A DNA stretch of 64,000 nucleotides from a virus (taxonomy: Duplodnaviria; Caudoviricetes). The translations under genes were made by a program, and so were the position numbers. How positions within the stretch are numbered: position 1 is the stretch's first letter; each line of letters begins with the position of its first letter. This document shows, piece after piece, positions 1 to 9,638 of this stretch. The stretch spans positions 1 through 64,000 of IMG/VR virus record IMGVR_UViG_3300029319_000020, one strand, 5' to 3'. The notes beneath the pieces were generated by a model. That model was not told the DNA's origin, did no database searches, and saw only the letters and a program-made list of their open reading frames with translations.

Positions 1-1
1 C

Positions 2-364
2 ACCGGTGGAGGAGATGTCGGCGGCGACCAAGGGGGTGACACTGATCTGCTCGCCGAACCCTCTGCGAATAGAGACGATACACCTTCGTATGTTGATGTT
101 CCATCTAAACGTGGTCCATACAAAAGACATCAATCTTCCTATGATAAAGGCGGCATGAAAAAATCTATGCTTGGATCAACAGGGATTGAAACAGCAAGAT
201 CTACAGGTCGTAATATTTATAAGGGCTATATAGGAAACGAATATTCACTATCTCAAGCAGCCGGTGGTTATTTAGAAGAAGAGCAAAAACTAGAAACTGT
301 ATCTCGCGAAGTTGAGATACTTATTGAATCATTAAATAAAAAGGAACCAATCGATGAAACATAA
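2..364 (+). CDS. C-terminal end of a gene truncated by the window edge, probably the portal protein (gp20-like) with a Gly/Asp-rich tail
   Basis: The frame is open from base 2 (TGGGDVGGDQGGDTDLL...) into the 155..364 ORF. The portal call rests only on position upstream of the prohead protease cluster. Confidence 0.4.
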   Translation, partial: TGGGDVGGDQGGDTDLLAEPSANRDDTPSYVDVPSKRGPYKRHQSSYDKGGMKKSMLGSTGIETARSTGRNIYKGYIGNEYSLSQAAGGYLEEEQKLETVSREVEILIESLNKKEPIDET

Positions 365-1148
365 TAAGAAAAGAAATACCGCTTTTCTTTACGAGTGCCT
401 AATCAAAGAAATGACAAAGGCTGTTGTAAGAGGAGAGCTTCAAAAGAAACAACAAATTGTTGAGACACTTAAAAGATACTTCTCAAAAGGAAAACCTCTA
501 TATAACGATCTTCAATTGTATAAACAACTAATGGAACCCCAAAGATTAGAAGAATCTATTGGGCTTCGTTATATGAAAGAAGTGAAAGGGGACTGGGAAA
601 ACCTTGACAGAAAAGAAATATTTAATGAGCAAACCAATCTAATCAAAGAGTTTAATCAGAATCTTCCAGAGGCATTTGGTAACTTTATTCCTAACTATAA
701 ATCAATTGCAACAGTTGGCCAGTATTTTAATTCTAGTGGCCTTAAAGCAAAGACCCGTCTATTGATAGAAGAAAGAATCAAAACGCTTGTTATTTCGCAT
801 CCTCAAGCGATTAAAGAGGATAATTTAAAGACAGTTGATGCACTTACATATAAAACATTTGTTTCTAAATTTAATGACACATACAAAGAAACTCTTTTAA
901 AAGAACAAAGAGAGTTATTGACCAACTTTATAACGTCATTTTCTGATAATGGGCTAGGTCTTAAAATGTTTATGAATGAAGAGATTGGAAGATTAAAAGA
1001 GCAATGTGATCATCTTAGTAAAGGAGAGTGGTCAGACAAAATCAAACTAGTTAGAGAAAAACTTGAAAACTATAAAAACAAACCTTTAACAGAAGAAGTT
1101 GTCAAAGATGTGTTTCATATTCAACAACTATTATCGGAGATCAAATAA
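354..1148 (+). CDS. Hypothetical protein of the head-assembly cluster (helical, charged)
   Basis: 264-aa ORF overlapping the upstream stop, with an AAGGA SD; no recognised domain. Confidence 0.6.
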   Translation: MKHNKKRNTAFLYECLIKEMTKAVVRGELQKKQQIVETLKRYFSKGKPLYNDLQLYKQLMEPQRLEESIGLRYMKEVKGDWENLDRKEIFNEQTNLIKEFNQNLPEAFGNFIPNYKSIATVGQYFNSSGLKAKTRLLIEERIKTLVISHPQAIKEDNLKTVDALTYKTFVSKFNDTYKETLLKEQRELLTNFITSFSDNGLGLKMFMNEEIGRLKEQCDHLSKGEWSDKIKLVREKLENYKNKPLTEEVVKDVFHIQQLLSEIK

Positions 1149-1832
1149 ATGTATAAACCGCCACAAGATATTATAACAGAAATTCTTAATGAAGATATTG
1201 GTATTGACATCAACAGACCAACAGGCGTTAATATTAAGACTGAGCCTGAAGAGAGGGACGTTGATATTAAAATACAAGGGGATAAAGATATTCGCTTTGT
1301 TGATCCTGCAATTGGGATTAAAATTGTTAATCCAAACGAGAGAACAACAACTTTTGAAATGAATGTTCGCAAAGCTCTTAATGGAGACTTATTAATTTTT
1401 GATCATGCTGATATTGATATTGTACTAATGGTTGAAAAAAAGAAGTTGGTTGCTTTTCCAAAAGATTTAATGTCTGAAGTCGTTTACGGAGCAGAGTCTC
1501 GACTAATGGAATGGATGAGGAAGAGTGGTATCATCCAGTATGACTCAATACAAGGTGGAAATGTTTATGGATCTCTTGAGGGCAAAATTCATGAATCAAA
1601 AGAAAGAGATCCAATCAAATCTACAATTTATCAATTATCGGAATGGATAAAATCAGAAGCCCCATCGTCAAAGATGAAAAAAGGTCATGATGAAATGATG
1701 CAAGATGCTCAACTGCAACCTGATGAAAGCATGTCAACAGAGCTTGGTGAAGTTCCACATGAAGAAGAAAAAGGTTCAATAAAACAAAACAGTCTTTTCG
1801 CACCATATTTGTATGGACGATATACTTACTAG
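1149..1832 (+). CDS. Hypothetical acidic protein
   Basis: 227-aa ORF abutting the previous stop codon. Confidence 0.6.
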   Translation: MYKPPQDIITEILNEDIGIDINRPTGVNIKTEPEERDVDIKIQGDKDIRFVDPAIGIKIVNPNERTTTFEMNVRKALNGDLLIFDHADIDIVLMVEKKKLVAFPKDLMSEVVYGAESRLMEWMRKSGIIQYDSIQGGNVYGSLEGKIHESKERDPIKSTIYQLSEWIKSEAPSSKMKKGHDEMMQDAQLQPDESMSTELGEVPHEEEKGSIKQNSLFAPYLYGRYTY

Positions 1833-1839
1833 GAGAAAA

Positions 1840-2154
1840 ATGTTAAACTTTGTACTTGCCGCTTACGGCTTGACTTTTATTCTTGTCTACGGCAAAATAT
1901 TTGAAGACATTCGACCGAAAAAAGATTACACAAAGAAATGGAATACACTTTTTCATTGCCCTTTGTGTGTTGGCTTTTGGGTTGGCTGTTTTTTATTTTG
2001 CATTAACAAGTGGACAGAACTATTTACATTTGATTATACAATCGCTAATTTCTTTATTTGCGGTTGGATCTCTGCTGGGACATCTTATCTGATTTCTATG
2101 TTAGTTGGTGACTTTGGCTTTCGCGTTTCAAAAATTGGAGATAAAGATGAATAA
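1840..2154 (+). CDS. Small membrane protein, DUF1360-like (CPxC motif)
   Basis: Hydrophobic helices and LFHCPLCVGFWVG. Start refined to MLNFVLAA after AGGAG; the ORF track starts at 1813. Confidence 0.5.
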   Translation: MLNFVLAAYGLTFILVYGKIFEDIRPKKDYTKKWNTLFHCPLCVGFWVGCFLFCINKWTELFTFDYTIANFFICGWISAGTSYLISMLVGDFGFRVSKIGDKDE

Positions 2155-2200
2155 AAAATGGATGCTACAACCAGTTCGTCGTTGCTGTTCAGGCAGCTGA
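2147..2200 (+). CDS. Micro-ORF MNKKWMLQPVRRCCSGS (17 aa), not in the ORF track
   Basis: ATG at 2147 preceded by GGAG, TGA at 2198-2200, then a GC hairpin; in frame with the protease ATG at 2237. Confidence 0.35.
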   Translation: MNKKWMLQPVRRCCSGS

Positions 2201-2236
2201 CTCAGGCGGGTTGCGCCCGCTTCAAAGGAGAAAGAG

Positions 2237-2869
2237 ATGAGTAAACAATTATTAACAGAATTTTTTGAACTATGTCCCGATGGACGTTGTCTTGATCGCT
2301 TAAGCGAAGCTCAAAAGCGTGAGGTAATCCAAGAGGGAGCCGTTTATCTTGTTGGTCGTATTCAGACTGCTGATAAGAAGAATGGTAATGGACGTGTTTA
2401 TCCAATGAAGGTTCTCAAAAAAGAAGTAGACAATTATAAAAAGATTGTTGCTGATGGAAGAGCCACAGGTGAACTAGATCACCCTGACGATTCTGTTATA
2501 AACCTTAAGAACGTATCTCATATGATCACAGATTGCTGGTGGGAAGGTAAGGATGTTATGGGTAAAATCAAAGTTCTTGATACACCTTCAGGTCGTATTC
2601 TTAAAGATTTAATAAATGCTGGTGTAAAACTTGGTATTTCTTCTCGTGGACTTGGATCTGTTAAAGAATCAATGCATGGAGATACTGTGGTAGAAGAAGA
2701 CTTTCAACTTATTTGTTTTGATATTGTTGCAGAACCTTCTACACCAAATGCTTATGTTTATCCCAAAAGCAATCAATCAGGAGTAAACAGAGGAGCTATG
2801 AAGTTTAAAATTGCTGAAGGCAAAGAAAACAACATTGATCAACTATTTAATAAAATATTAAAGGAATAA
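2237..2869 (+). CDS. gp21: Prohead core protease (T4 gp21-like)
   Basis: Motifs NGNGRVYP, GELDHPD and LGISSRGLGS (catalytic His/Ser), FDIVAEPS. Confidence 0.95.
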   Translation: MSKQLLTEFFELCPDGRCLDRLSEAQKREVIQEGAVYLVGRIQTADKKNGNGRVYPMKVLKKEVDNYKKIVADGRATGELDHPDDSVINLKNVSHMITDCWWEGKDVMGKIKVLDTPSGRILKDLINAGVKLGISSRGLGSVKESMHGDTVVEEDFQLICFDIVAEPSTPNAYVYPKSNQSGVNRGAMKFKIAEGKENNIDQLFNKILKE

Positions 2870-2873
2870 AAAA

Positions 2874-3839
2874 ATGTATTCAAGTTATAAAAAAGATAAA
2901 AAATTATTTGAAAATTGGAGAAGGTATATAAAAGAAGAGCAAGAGAAAGATAACCTTACAGATTTCTTAAATCTTCCACTAGCTAGTTTTGTTCAAAAAA
3001 TGAATAGTATGCAAAAAGAAACACTAAGTAGTATCTTTTCTGGCTTAAAAGATGGAGCAGCTGAAGATGATTCAGTTACTATAACAGAAACCACTGTTAA
3101 AGCCAGTGTTCTTAGACCTACACAAAGTGAAGTTGTTTTTGGAAAATCAATACCATTTGCTTTACAAAGACCAGAAATGTTTATGCAATACTATTCTAGT
3201 AATGGACCTTTTAAAGTAGGACCACCAAATAACAACGCTATTGTTACATTTAAAGGCAAGTTTATTTTAGACGGACACCATCGTTGGTCTTCTTTGTATT
3301 GCGTAAATCCAGATGCTTCTTTGGCCACGTTCGATATATCTGCTCCTGTATCTCCTTTAACAGCTTTAAAACTAATGCAAGCTTCAATAAAACATTATAT
3401 TGGAGCAAAAAAAATACCTTCTAATAAAGGTGGTGGTATTAATCTATTCACTATTAATCAAGACACTCTTTTTGCAGAGGTAGAGAATTATATGACCCCC
3501 GAACTAGCTCAAAAGTATATGGAGTTAGGGTTAATGGATGCTTTAAAAGAAGATATAGAAACTGGTAGAGAACAAAGAAGAATTAGAAACCCTGATCGTG
3601 AACAAACAGGAATGATTACATCTGTTACACAAACTTTGCAGGGTATATATCTTGAAAATGTAAACAGAATGCAGTCTAAAAACAAACCAGTAAAAGGAGC
3701 AACACCAAGGCCACCAATGCCTCAAACAGACAAACCTGCTGGTTCTAGAGTAAAAGCTGGTGGTGGAACACCCGCAGCATTGGAACCTCTAGAGCAAGGA
3801 GTGATTGACTTTAGATCACCTTTTAACAAAGATCAATAA
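2874..3839 (+). CDS. Hypothetical protein with a ParB/sulfiredoxin-like core
   Basis: FILDGHHRW motif, PTQSEV upstream; N-terminal LFENWRRYIKEE leader. Confidence 0.55.
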   Translation: MYSSYKKDKKLFENWRRYIKEEQEKDNLTDFLNLPLASFVQKMNSMQKETLSSIFSGLKDGAAEDDSVTITETTVKASVLRPTQSEVVFGKSIPFALQRPEMFMQYYSSNGPFKVGPPNNNAIVTFKGKFILDGHHRWSSLYCVNPDASLATFDISAPVSPLTALKLMQASIKHYIGAKKIPSNKGGGINLFTINQDTLFAEVENYMTPELAQKYMELGLMDALKEDIETGREQRRIRNPDREQTGMITSVTQTLQGIYLENVNRMQSKNKPVKGATPRPPMPQTDKPAGSRVKAGGGTPAALEPLEQGVIDFRSPFNKDQ

Positions 3840-3850
3840 GCGGAGTAATA

Positions 3851-4270
3851 ATGAACAAAACAGAATTAAAAAAAATTTTAAAACCATTAATAAAAGAGTG
3901 TATCAAAGAAGTAATATTCGAAGATGGCACTCTTTCATCAATTATAAGCGAAGTTGTTCGAGGAGTTGGAGAACCTATTGTCGAAACTAAACAAAGGTTC
4001 CCAAAAAAACAACAACCTCAATATGAAACTGATGAACAAGCAAAAGCAAGATTAGCCAAGAAAAGAAAAAAAATGATGGACGCTATTGGCAAAGATGCAT
4101 ATAATGGTATCAATCTTTTTGAAGGAACAACTCCTGCTCCTGCTTCACAAGAATCAGGTCGAGGTGCTTTATCTGATGTTGATCCAAGAGACCCTGGAGT
4201 TGACATCTCGTCGTTTATGGGCAAATCTTCATTAATATGGCAAAAAATGGCAGGTAAAGATGGCAAATAA
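3851..4270 (+). CDS. Hypothetical protein with an amphipathic N-terminal leader
   Basis: GGAG SD; MNKTELKKILKPLIKECIKEVIFE. Confidence 0.6.
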   Translation: MNKTELKKILKPLIKECIKEVIFEDGTLSSIISEVVRGVGEPIVETKQRFPKKQQPQYETDEQAKARLAKKRKKMMDAIGKDAYNGINLFEGTTPAPASQESGRGALSDVDPRDPGVDISSFMGKSSLIWQKMAGKDGK

Positions 4271-4466
4271 TTACACGTACAGGGTAAGAAAAAAAGATAA
4301 CATTGATAGAGTTATTAAACGTTTTATTAAAAAATGTAAAAAACTAGGGATTATTGACGAAATAAAAGATCGTCAACATTATACAAAGCCCTCGGAGAAA
4401 AGACGAAGAGCTAAAGAAAGAGCTATTCGCAGAAGAATAAAAGAAGAGAAAAAACGAAGAAAATAG
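4260..4466 (+). CDS. rpsU: Phage-encoded ribosomal protein bS21
   Basis: 68 aa, very basic; NIDRVIKRFIKK...RQHYTKPSEKRRRAK matches the bS21 pattern. Confidence 0.9.
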   Translation: MANNYTYRVRKKDNIDRVIKRFIKKCKKLGIIDEIKDRQHYTKPSEKRRRAKERAIRRRIKEEKKRRK

Positions 4467-4497
4467 ACTATTTACAATAGTTTTTAAGGAGTTAACG

Positions 4498-4953
4498 ATG
4501 GCAATACATAATCATAACAGTTGGGGACGTACTAGAAGTCCCAAAAATTTAGCAGGCCCACCGGGTACAGAAATTACAGTTTTGGCAGATACATCCACTT
4601 TAGTAGGAATAACTGCGACTTCGGCAGGATACAATACAGAAAATCAAAGATTTCTTCATGTTTTAGTAGAAGATGCGACAACTTCAGATGATCCATCTGC
4701 TGTTACTGTTTTTGGATATTGCCATGCATTTCAACGTTGGTTTGAGATACCAGAGGTAAACTTGGCTTCTACTAACACAGCAGCTTCAGCAGCTTCAATA
4801 GATATAGCAAATGTTGCAGCAAGGGCACCAAATGCTCAAGTTCCAAGTGATAGGGAATACAGGCTTTACCACATTGTTGGTGTAGATAAAGTTGCTTTTG
4901 TTAATGGCACACCAGCTGAAGTTAATGTTTTTGCTGCGTGTAGTACATTTTAA
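4498..4953 (+). CDS. Hypothetical beta-rich protein, probably a virion component
   Basis: AAGGAG SD, preceded by ACTATTTA; lies between head and fibre genes. Confidence 0.55.
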   Translation: MAIHNHNSWGRTRSPKNLAGPPGTEITVLADTSTLVGITATSAGYNTENQRFLHVLVEDATTSDDPSAVTVFGYCHAFQRWFEIPEVNLASTNTAASAASIDIANVAARAPNAQVPSDREYRLYHIVGVDKVAFVNGTPAEVNVFAACSTF

Positions 4954-4962
4954 GAGGTTTAA

Positions 4963-7900
4963 ATGGGTGAATTTGGTTGGGCATATATTAGTGGAAGTGC
5001 AACAGGTGGAGCTGCGGCAGGTGTTACAAACTCTATACAAGTAAAGTATGGTGCTGCTAACACTACAGGTTCTCACGATTTTACTTTTAACAGGTCCACA
5101 AGAAAAGTTGAGTTAACAGGAAGCTTTAATGTGGAGGGTCACATTTCTGCTTCTTCTATTTCTTTATATAATACACCAGCAGGAACAGCTGCTACAAATA
5201 GATTTCTAGCTTTAGATGCAGGTAACAACGTTGTCACAACATCATCAGCAGGTGGTGGCGGTGGTGGCTCTGTATCTATTTCAAATAACGCTAACAATAG
5301 AGTTATAACTGCTGTGGGTGACGGTACATTAAATGGAGAACAAAATTTAACATTTGATGGATCGCAACTAATAGTATCTGGAACTTTGATTGTTTCAGGA
5401 TCTATTTTTGCTAGAGATTATTCAATAGATATAACTAATAAAAATGTAACAAATATTTCAGTGACAGGTTCTACTATTTTTGGTGACTCTTCTGGTGATC
5501 TTCATCAATTTACTGGTTCTCTGTCTGTAACTCAGAATGTATCTGCTTCTGCTTATTTTGGAGATGGATCTAACCTAACAGGCATAACAACGAACCCAAC
5601 TTTAAACGAAGTTGTAGGCAACGGAAACACAACAACAGGGTCTATAAACGTTGGCCCAATTACTGGTTCCACGATGAAGATGACTGGTTTAACAAGCGGC
5701 ACTGGTGTGTCTTCAAAATATTTGGCACTTGACTCTGGTAACAATGTAATACTTACATCATCTGCTGGAAGTGGAGGAGGTGGAGGAAGCTCCACAATAG
5801 GTAATGCAGAAGATGGTTCTTATGCTGATGGTTTGTTTACAGATTTTGCATCATCAACACCAATTGGTACTGCTATTGATAAGTTTAACGAAGTCTTAAA
5901 AATTCTTGCACCTAGTCCCGCACCAAACTTAAGTCTTATAAACGCTGATTCTAGAAATGGAGTATCAGCTAAGCTTTCTTTTGATGGTAGCAATGCTGTC
6001 ACTGGACACTCTGCTTCAGCAACAGCTGCTGGTTTTTCAGCAGTTACAAGAAATAACGTATATCAAGTCAGTTCTAGTAGTAATAATTTAAGATTAGGAG
6101 TATATGCTTCGCATGATATAACCGGTGCTTTAAACTTTAACACAGTTCCAAGTGTTACAAACAACTATATGGCGTATTCCTCTGGTGCTTTTGGTAATGC
6201 AGAAACTGGTTCGCTACAACTAGAATTGAATGGAGCTGTTGTTCACACATTAAATTTAAGTTCTTTTGCTGGTGCTGGTAATCCTGCAACAGGATCTGCT
6301 TCATCTTTGACAAACGGTTGTGGTTTTGTTAGTGTGTCAGTTTCTGCTTCATCATACGATGGTAACAATGCCGAGTGGTATATCTTCAAACACAGAACGG
6401 CAAAATATAAAGTAGCTTCAACATTCCAAAGAAAAGGTTGGAATTATGCGAGAGTTTTACATGTTATAGGCGCAACAACATATTCTACAAATTATGTTGA
6501 GTGGCTAACTGATCCTGAAGGATCTGCTGCTGCTTTAACTGCCACTAATCCAAGAATAGAAGATATTGTTTTACGTGGATCAAAGTACCTATCCGGTGTT
6601 CAGTATAATACTGGTTCAAATGCTAACTACAAAGTCGATATAAATAACATGTATAGAAATGTTTATCCATCTAATTCTAATACAATAACATTCACAGTAA
6701 CCAATAGTTCTACCCCAGGAGCACAATCTGTACCTGCAATAGGTGGTGGAGAAGACAATACAAAAGTTATAAGTGTAACAGGTGCTTTAGCTGTAAATGT
6801 TACAAGCTTACTAAGTGCATCATTAACTGCGAATGTTAGCGCAACACACCCTTTAAAAGCAAACTTATCTAATGCAGGATCAACTACTACTACAAACGGA
6901 TTCTTAATTGATAATAGAACATTAGCCAGTTCAAACTTAGTAGAAAACTTTCACGATGAATCTTACAGGATAACATCTGCTTCATATGATACACAAAATT
7001 CTGTTAGAGTTGATGCAGCTGCTTGGAATTCTCAAACACATATGACTGGGTCAAATGTAGATGGACATCAAGACGGTCTGTTATTTTATAATCAAAGACT
7101 TTATAGTCCTGTTGACAACGATATACCTAATAATGGTAATTTTGGTGCGTTAATAAACGTTCAATCTGGTCAGCCAAACTATAGTACAGTAGTTGGTAAT
7201 AGAACTTTCTATAGAGTTTTAACAAATTCTAGTGGTGTGAATACTAGTAATTTCAAAATAGTAACAACTAAAAATTCAACAACATTTAATAATTCCTCTT
7301 TGGCTGCTTCAAACGCACACTTCTTTTTTAAAGTTCCAGGTACTACAGGCTGGATGGATATAAGTCAAAACTTTGTTTATGGTCAAATAGGTAACAATAA
7401 CGGAGCATTAGTAGCAGGTGCATCTAATGATGTTGATAACGGAAATAACATTCATCACTTAACCATAGGAACAGCTTCATTAAATAATGGAAGTCTTGCA
7501 GTTATAAAAATTGTAGCTGATGAATCTTGGGGCGGTTACATATCAAAATTAGAATTTTTCTTAAGCGCATCAACAAACACACCGGTAAGCTCACAAGCTT
7601 TAGACAATATAGACAGTGATACTACAGGTAAAGGAGCTAGACTATCCTTTGGTTCATCTAATGTAATTAATGTTTATAGCTCAGCCACAGGATCAGGTCT
7701 AGGATCAATGTCCACTTTTAACACCAATGGTATTTACACAGCAACAGGAAACAGGAAAGGAATTTTTACTTCTTCACCTACTATTACTGGTACATTGAAT
7801 GAGGATATAAATGCTAGTGGTAGTAACTACACAGCTAACTCATTTAAAAATGCTTTTCAAGGTGCTTTGATTCTAGAAGTTAACGGATCTGAGGTTCATG

Positions 7901-9630
7901 AAACTTCTTTGATTAATCTTGAAGGTATTACAAATAGTTTAAACGGTAACTCCTCTGGGTTTACTGTATCTCCTGTTTTCTACGGAGAGTCAAATAATAT
8001 ACCTTTCTACGATAAAACCTATAGAACAGGATCTTACCAAGTAGGAGCAAATGATCAAAATATAGGCTGGAACTATGCTAGAGTAATACATAATTTAGAT
8101 AAAGCACCTATGCAGACCATTGTTGTCACAGTAGTCGGAGGTATTTTTTATTTTGATGGTGTAAGGGATACGACATTAAATTTAAAAGTCGGTAACACTT
8201 ATAGATTTGATACGTCTCACTCTTCAAATGGATCACACCCATTGGCATTTAGCACTACTTCTGGTGGATCACACAGTGGAGGTTCTGCTTATACAACAGG
8301 GGTAACTAGCGGTACTGGTTATATACAAATAATACCAGAAGCAGTAGTCACACTGTATCCATATTGTACTTCTCATCCTGGTATGGGTGGATCAACACAA
8401 TTAAGCATAACAGCGGCAACTAAAACTCAAACTAACTATGTTGAATGGATAGTAGATCCATCAGGTTCTGTTGAGGACACAGCTGTATCTGGTGAAGTTT
8501 TAAGTAACTTTGGACATAGCACTAAGTACTACCAATCTGGTATTGGATATTTTGCATCTCGACCAACAGGGAGCTATAGTTATTTAGCTTCAAACTTTTA
8601 TAGAAATGTTTATGCAACTGGTAGTTCAGCAATTAACTTTCCAACTACAACAAGATGTAGTATAACCAATGTAAGAATGAGTGGATCAGGTGTCACAACA
8701 ACAAACTCTGCATCTGCTACTTCTGGAATGGCTATTTTAAACAATTCAACAAATTGTCATCTTACAACTTTACAAGTTACGGGAACTGTGTTGTTTGATG
8801 CTAGTCCTTCTATTTCAATAAGTGGAGGGTTAAGTCAATTTACCTCTTATGGTGTTACTGTAAACTCTACAATAAGACATCCATTTAAAAATGATAAAAC
8901 AACTACCTCTTTATCTAAAAACTATTTTATGATTTATTCTGGTTCTGTTGGTAGTACAAATGAAAACACTTTAGAATACTTTGGTATGGAATCATATAGA
9001 ATAGTATCAGGAAATTATGGTACACAAACTTTAGCAACAGGCTCAGTTAGCAAATGGAACTCTTTAACTGCTATGAATAATGGTGGCACACATGATGATG
9101 GTATGGTAACTTCTAATGGTCACTTAATATCACCATTTCAAATTGGTAACAAAGGTGATACTAGAAGTGTTAAAGATGGCGGATCATTACAAGCACCAGA
9201 CAGTAATCCAAATTATTCAACACTTACTAATAGTACAAGGACTTATTATAGATATTTCAGAAACAACACTGGTAACGACAGATCTAGTATAACAATAACT
9301 CTTCATGGATCAGGTTCTATGGTTGAAAAATCAACTTCTCTTGGAAACAATGGTAATTTTCATTTAGAAGTTAAAGTGCCTGAAAGTACTGCTTGGTTAG
9401 ATGCGGGTAAATCTTATATTAGTAACAACAAAGATGTTGATGGCTCTGGTGCGTTAGTTGGTGGATCTTCACCAACTCCAATTTCTACTGGTGGTACTTC
9501 TTTCAGTGTTACTTTTAATGGTGGAAGTCAGTTAGGAACAGGTGGTGGTTCTAAAGCTGTTGTGTTGAAACTATCTGCTCATAAAGATTGGATAGGATAT
9601 TTAGAAAGAATAACGGTAGCGTATAGTTAG
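4963..9630 (+). CDS. Large virion structural / fibre-spike protein with an internal duplication and a cupredoxin-like insert
   Basis: 1555 aa, Ser/Gly/Thr/Asn-rich. Fibre-type motif FGDSSGDLHQFTGSL...SASAYFGDGSNLTGI. Repeated GWNYARV.H...TNYVEW..DP and ESYRI.S..Y.TQ. HP...YCTSHPGMG insert. Confidence 0.75.
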   Translation: MGEFGWAYISGSATGGAAAGVTNSIQVKYGAANTTGSHDFTFNRSTRKVELTGSFNVEGHISASSISLYNTPAGTAATNRFLALDAGNNVVTTSSAGGGGGGSVSISNNANNRVITAVGDGTLNGEQNLTFDGSQLIVSGTLIVSGSIFARDYSIDITNKNVTNISVTGSTIFGDSSGDLHQFTGSLSVTQNVSASAYFGDGSNLTGITTNPTLNEVVGNGNTTTGSINVGPITGSTMKMTGLTSGTGVSSKYLALDSGNNVILTSSAGSGGGGGSSTIGNAEDGSYADGLFTDFASSTPIGTAIDKFNEVLKILAPSPAPNLSLINADSRNGVSAKLSFDGSNAVTGHSASATAAGFSAVTRNNVYQVSSSSNNLRLGVYASHDITGALNFNTVPSVTNNYMAYSSGAFGNAETGSLQLELNGAVVHTLNLSSFAGAGNPATGSASSLTNGCGFVSVSVSASSYDGNNAEWYIFKHRTAKYKVASTFQRKGWNYARVLHVIGATTYSTNYVEWLTDPEGSAAALTATNPRIEDIVLRGSKYLSGVQYNTGSNANYKVDINNMYRNVYPSNSNTITFTVTNSSTPGAQSVPAIGGGEDNTKVISVTGALAVNVTSLLSASLTANVSATHPLKANLSNAGSTTTTNGFLIDNRTLASSNLVENFHDESYRITSASYDTQNSVRVDAAAWNSQTHMTGSNVDGHQDGLLFYNQRLYSPVDNDIPNNGNFGALINVQSGQPNYSTVVGNRTFYRVLTNSSGVNTSNFKIVTTKNSTTFNNSSLAASNAHFFFKVPGTTGWMDISQNFVYGQIGNNNGALVAGASNDVDNGNNIHHLTIGTASLNNGSLAVIKIVADESWGGYISKLEFFLSASTNTPVSSQALDNIDSDTTGKGARLSFGSSNVINVYSSATGSGLGSMSTFNTNGIYTATGNRKGIFTSSPTITGTLNEDINASGSNYTANSFKNAFQGALILEVNGSEVHETSLINLEGITNSLNGNSSGFTVSPVFYGESNNIPFYDKTYRTGSYQVGANDQNIGWNYARVIHNLDKAPMQTIVVTVVGGIFYFDGVRDTTLNLKVGNTYRFDTSHSSNGSHPLAFSTTSGGSHSGGSAYTTGVTSGTGYIQIIPEAVVTLYPYCTSHPGMGGSTQLSITAATKTQTNYVEWIVDPSGSVEDTAVSGEVLSNFGHSTKYYQSGIGYFASRPTGSYSYLASNFYRNVYATGSSAINFPTTTRCSITNVRMSGSGVTTTNSASATSGMAILNNSTNCHLTTLQVTGTVLFDASPSISISGGLSQFTSYGVTVNSTIRHPFKNDKTTTSLSKNYFMIYSGSVGSTNENTLEYFGMESYRIVSGNYGTQTLATGSVSKWNSLTAMNNGGTHDDGMVTSNGHLISPFQIGNKGDTRSVKDGGSLQAPDSNPNYSTLTNSTRTYYRYFRNNTGNDRSSITITLHGSGSMVEKSTSLGNNGNFHLEVKVPESTAWLDAGKSYISNNKDVDGSGALVGGSSPTPISTGGTSFSVTFNGGSQLGTGGGSKAVVLKLSAHKDWIGYLERITVAYS

Positions 9631-9638
9631 GAGTAAAA

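Noticed and set aside
2198-2221. Selenocysteine insertion (UGA followed by a hairpin)
   Set aside because: The hairpin starts 5 nt after UGA rather than at the usual bacterial SECIS spacing, there is no redox-motif context, and no sel genes are in the window.
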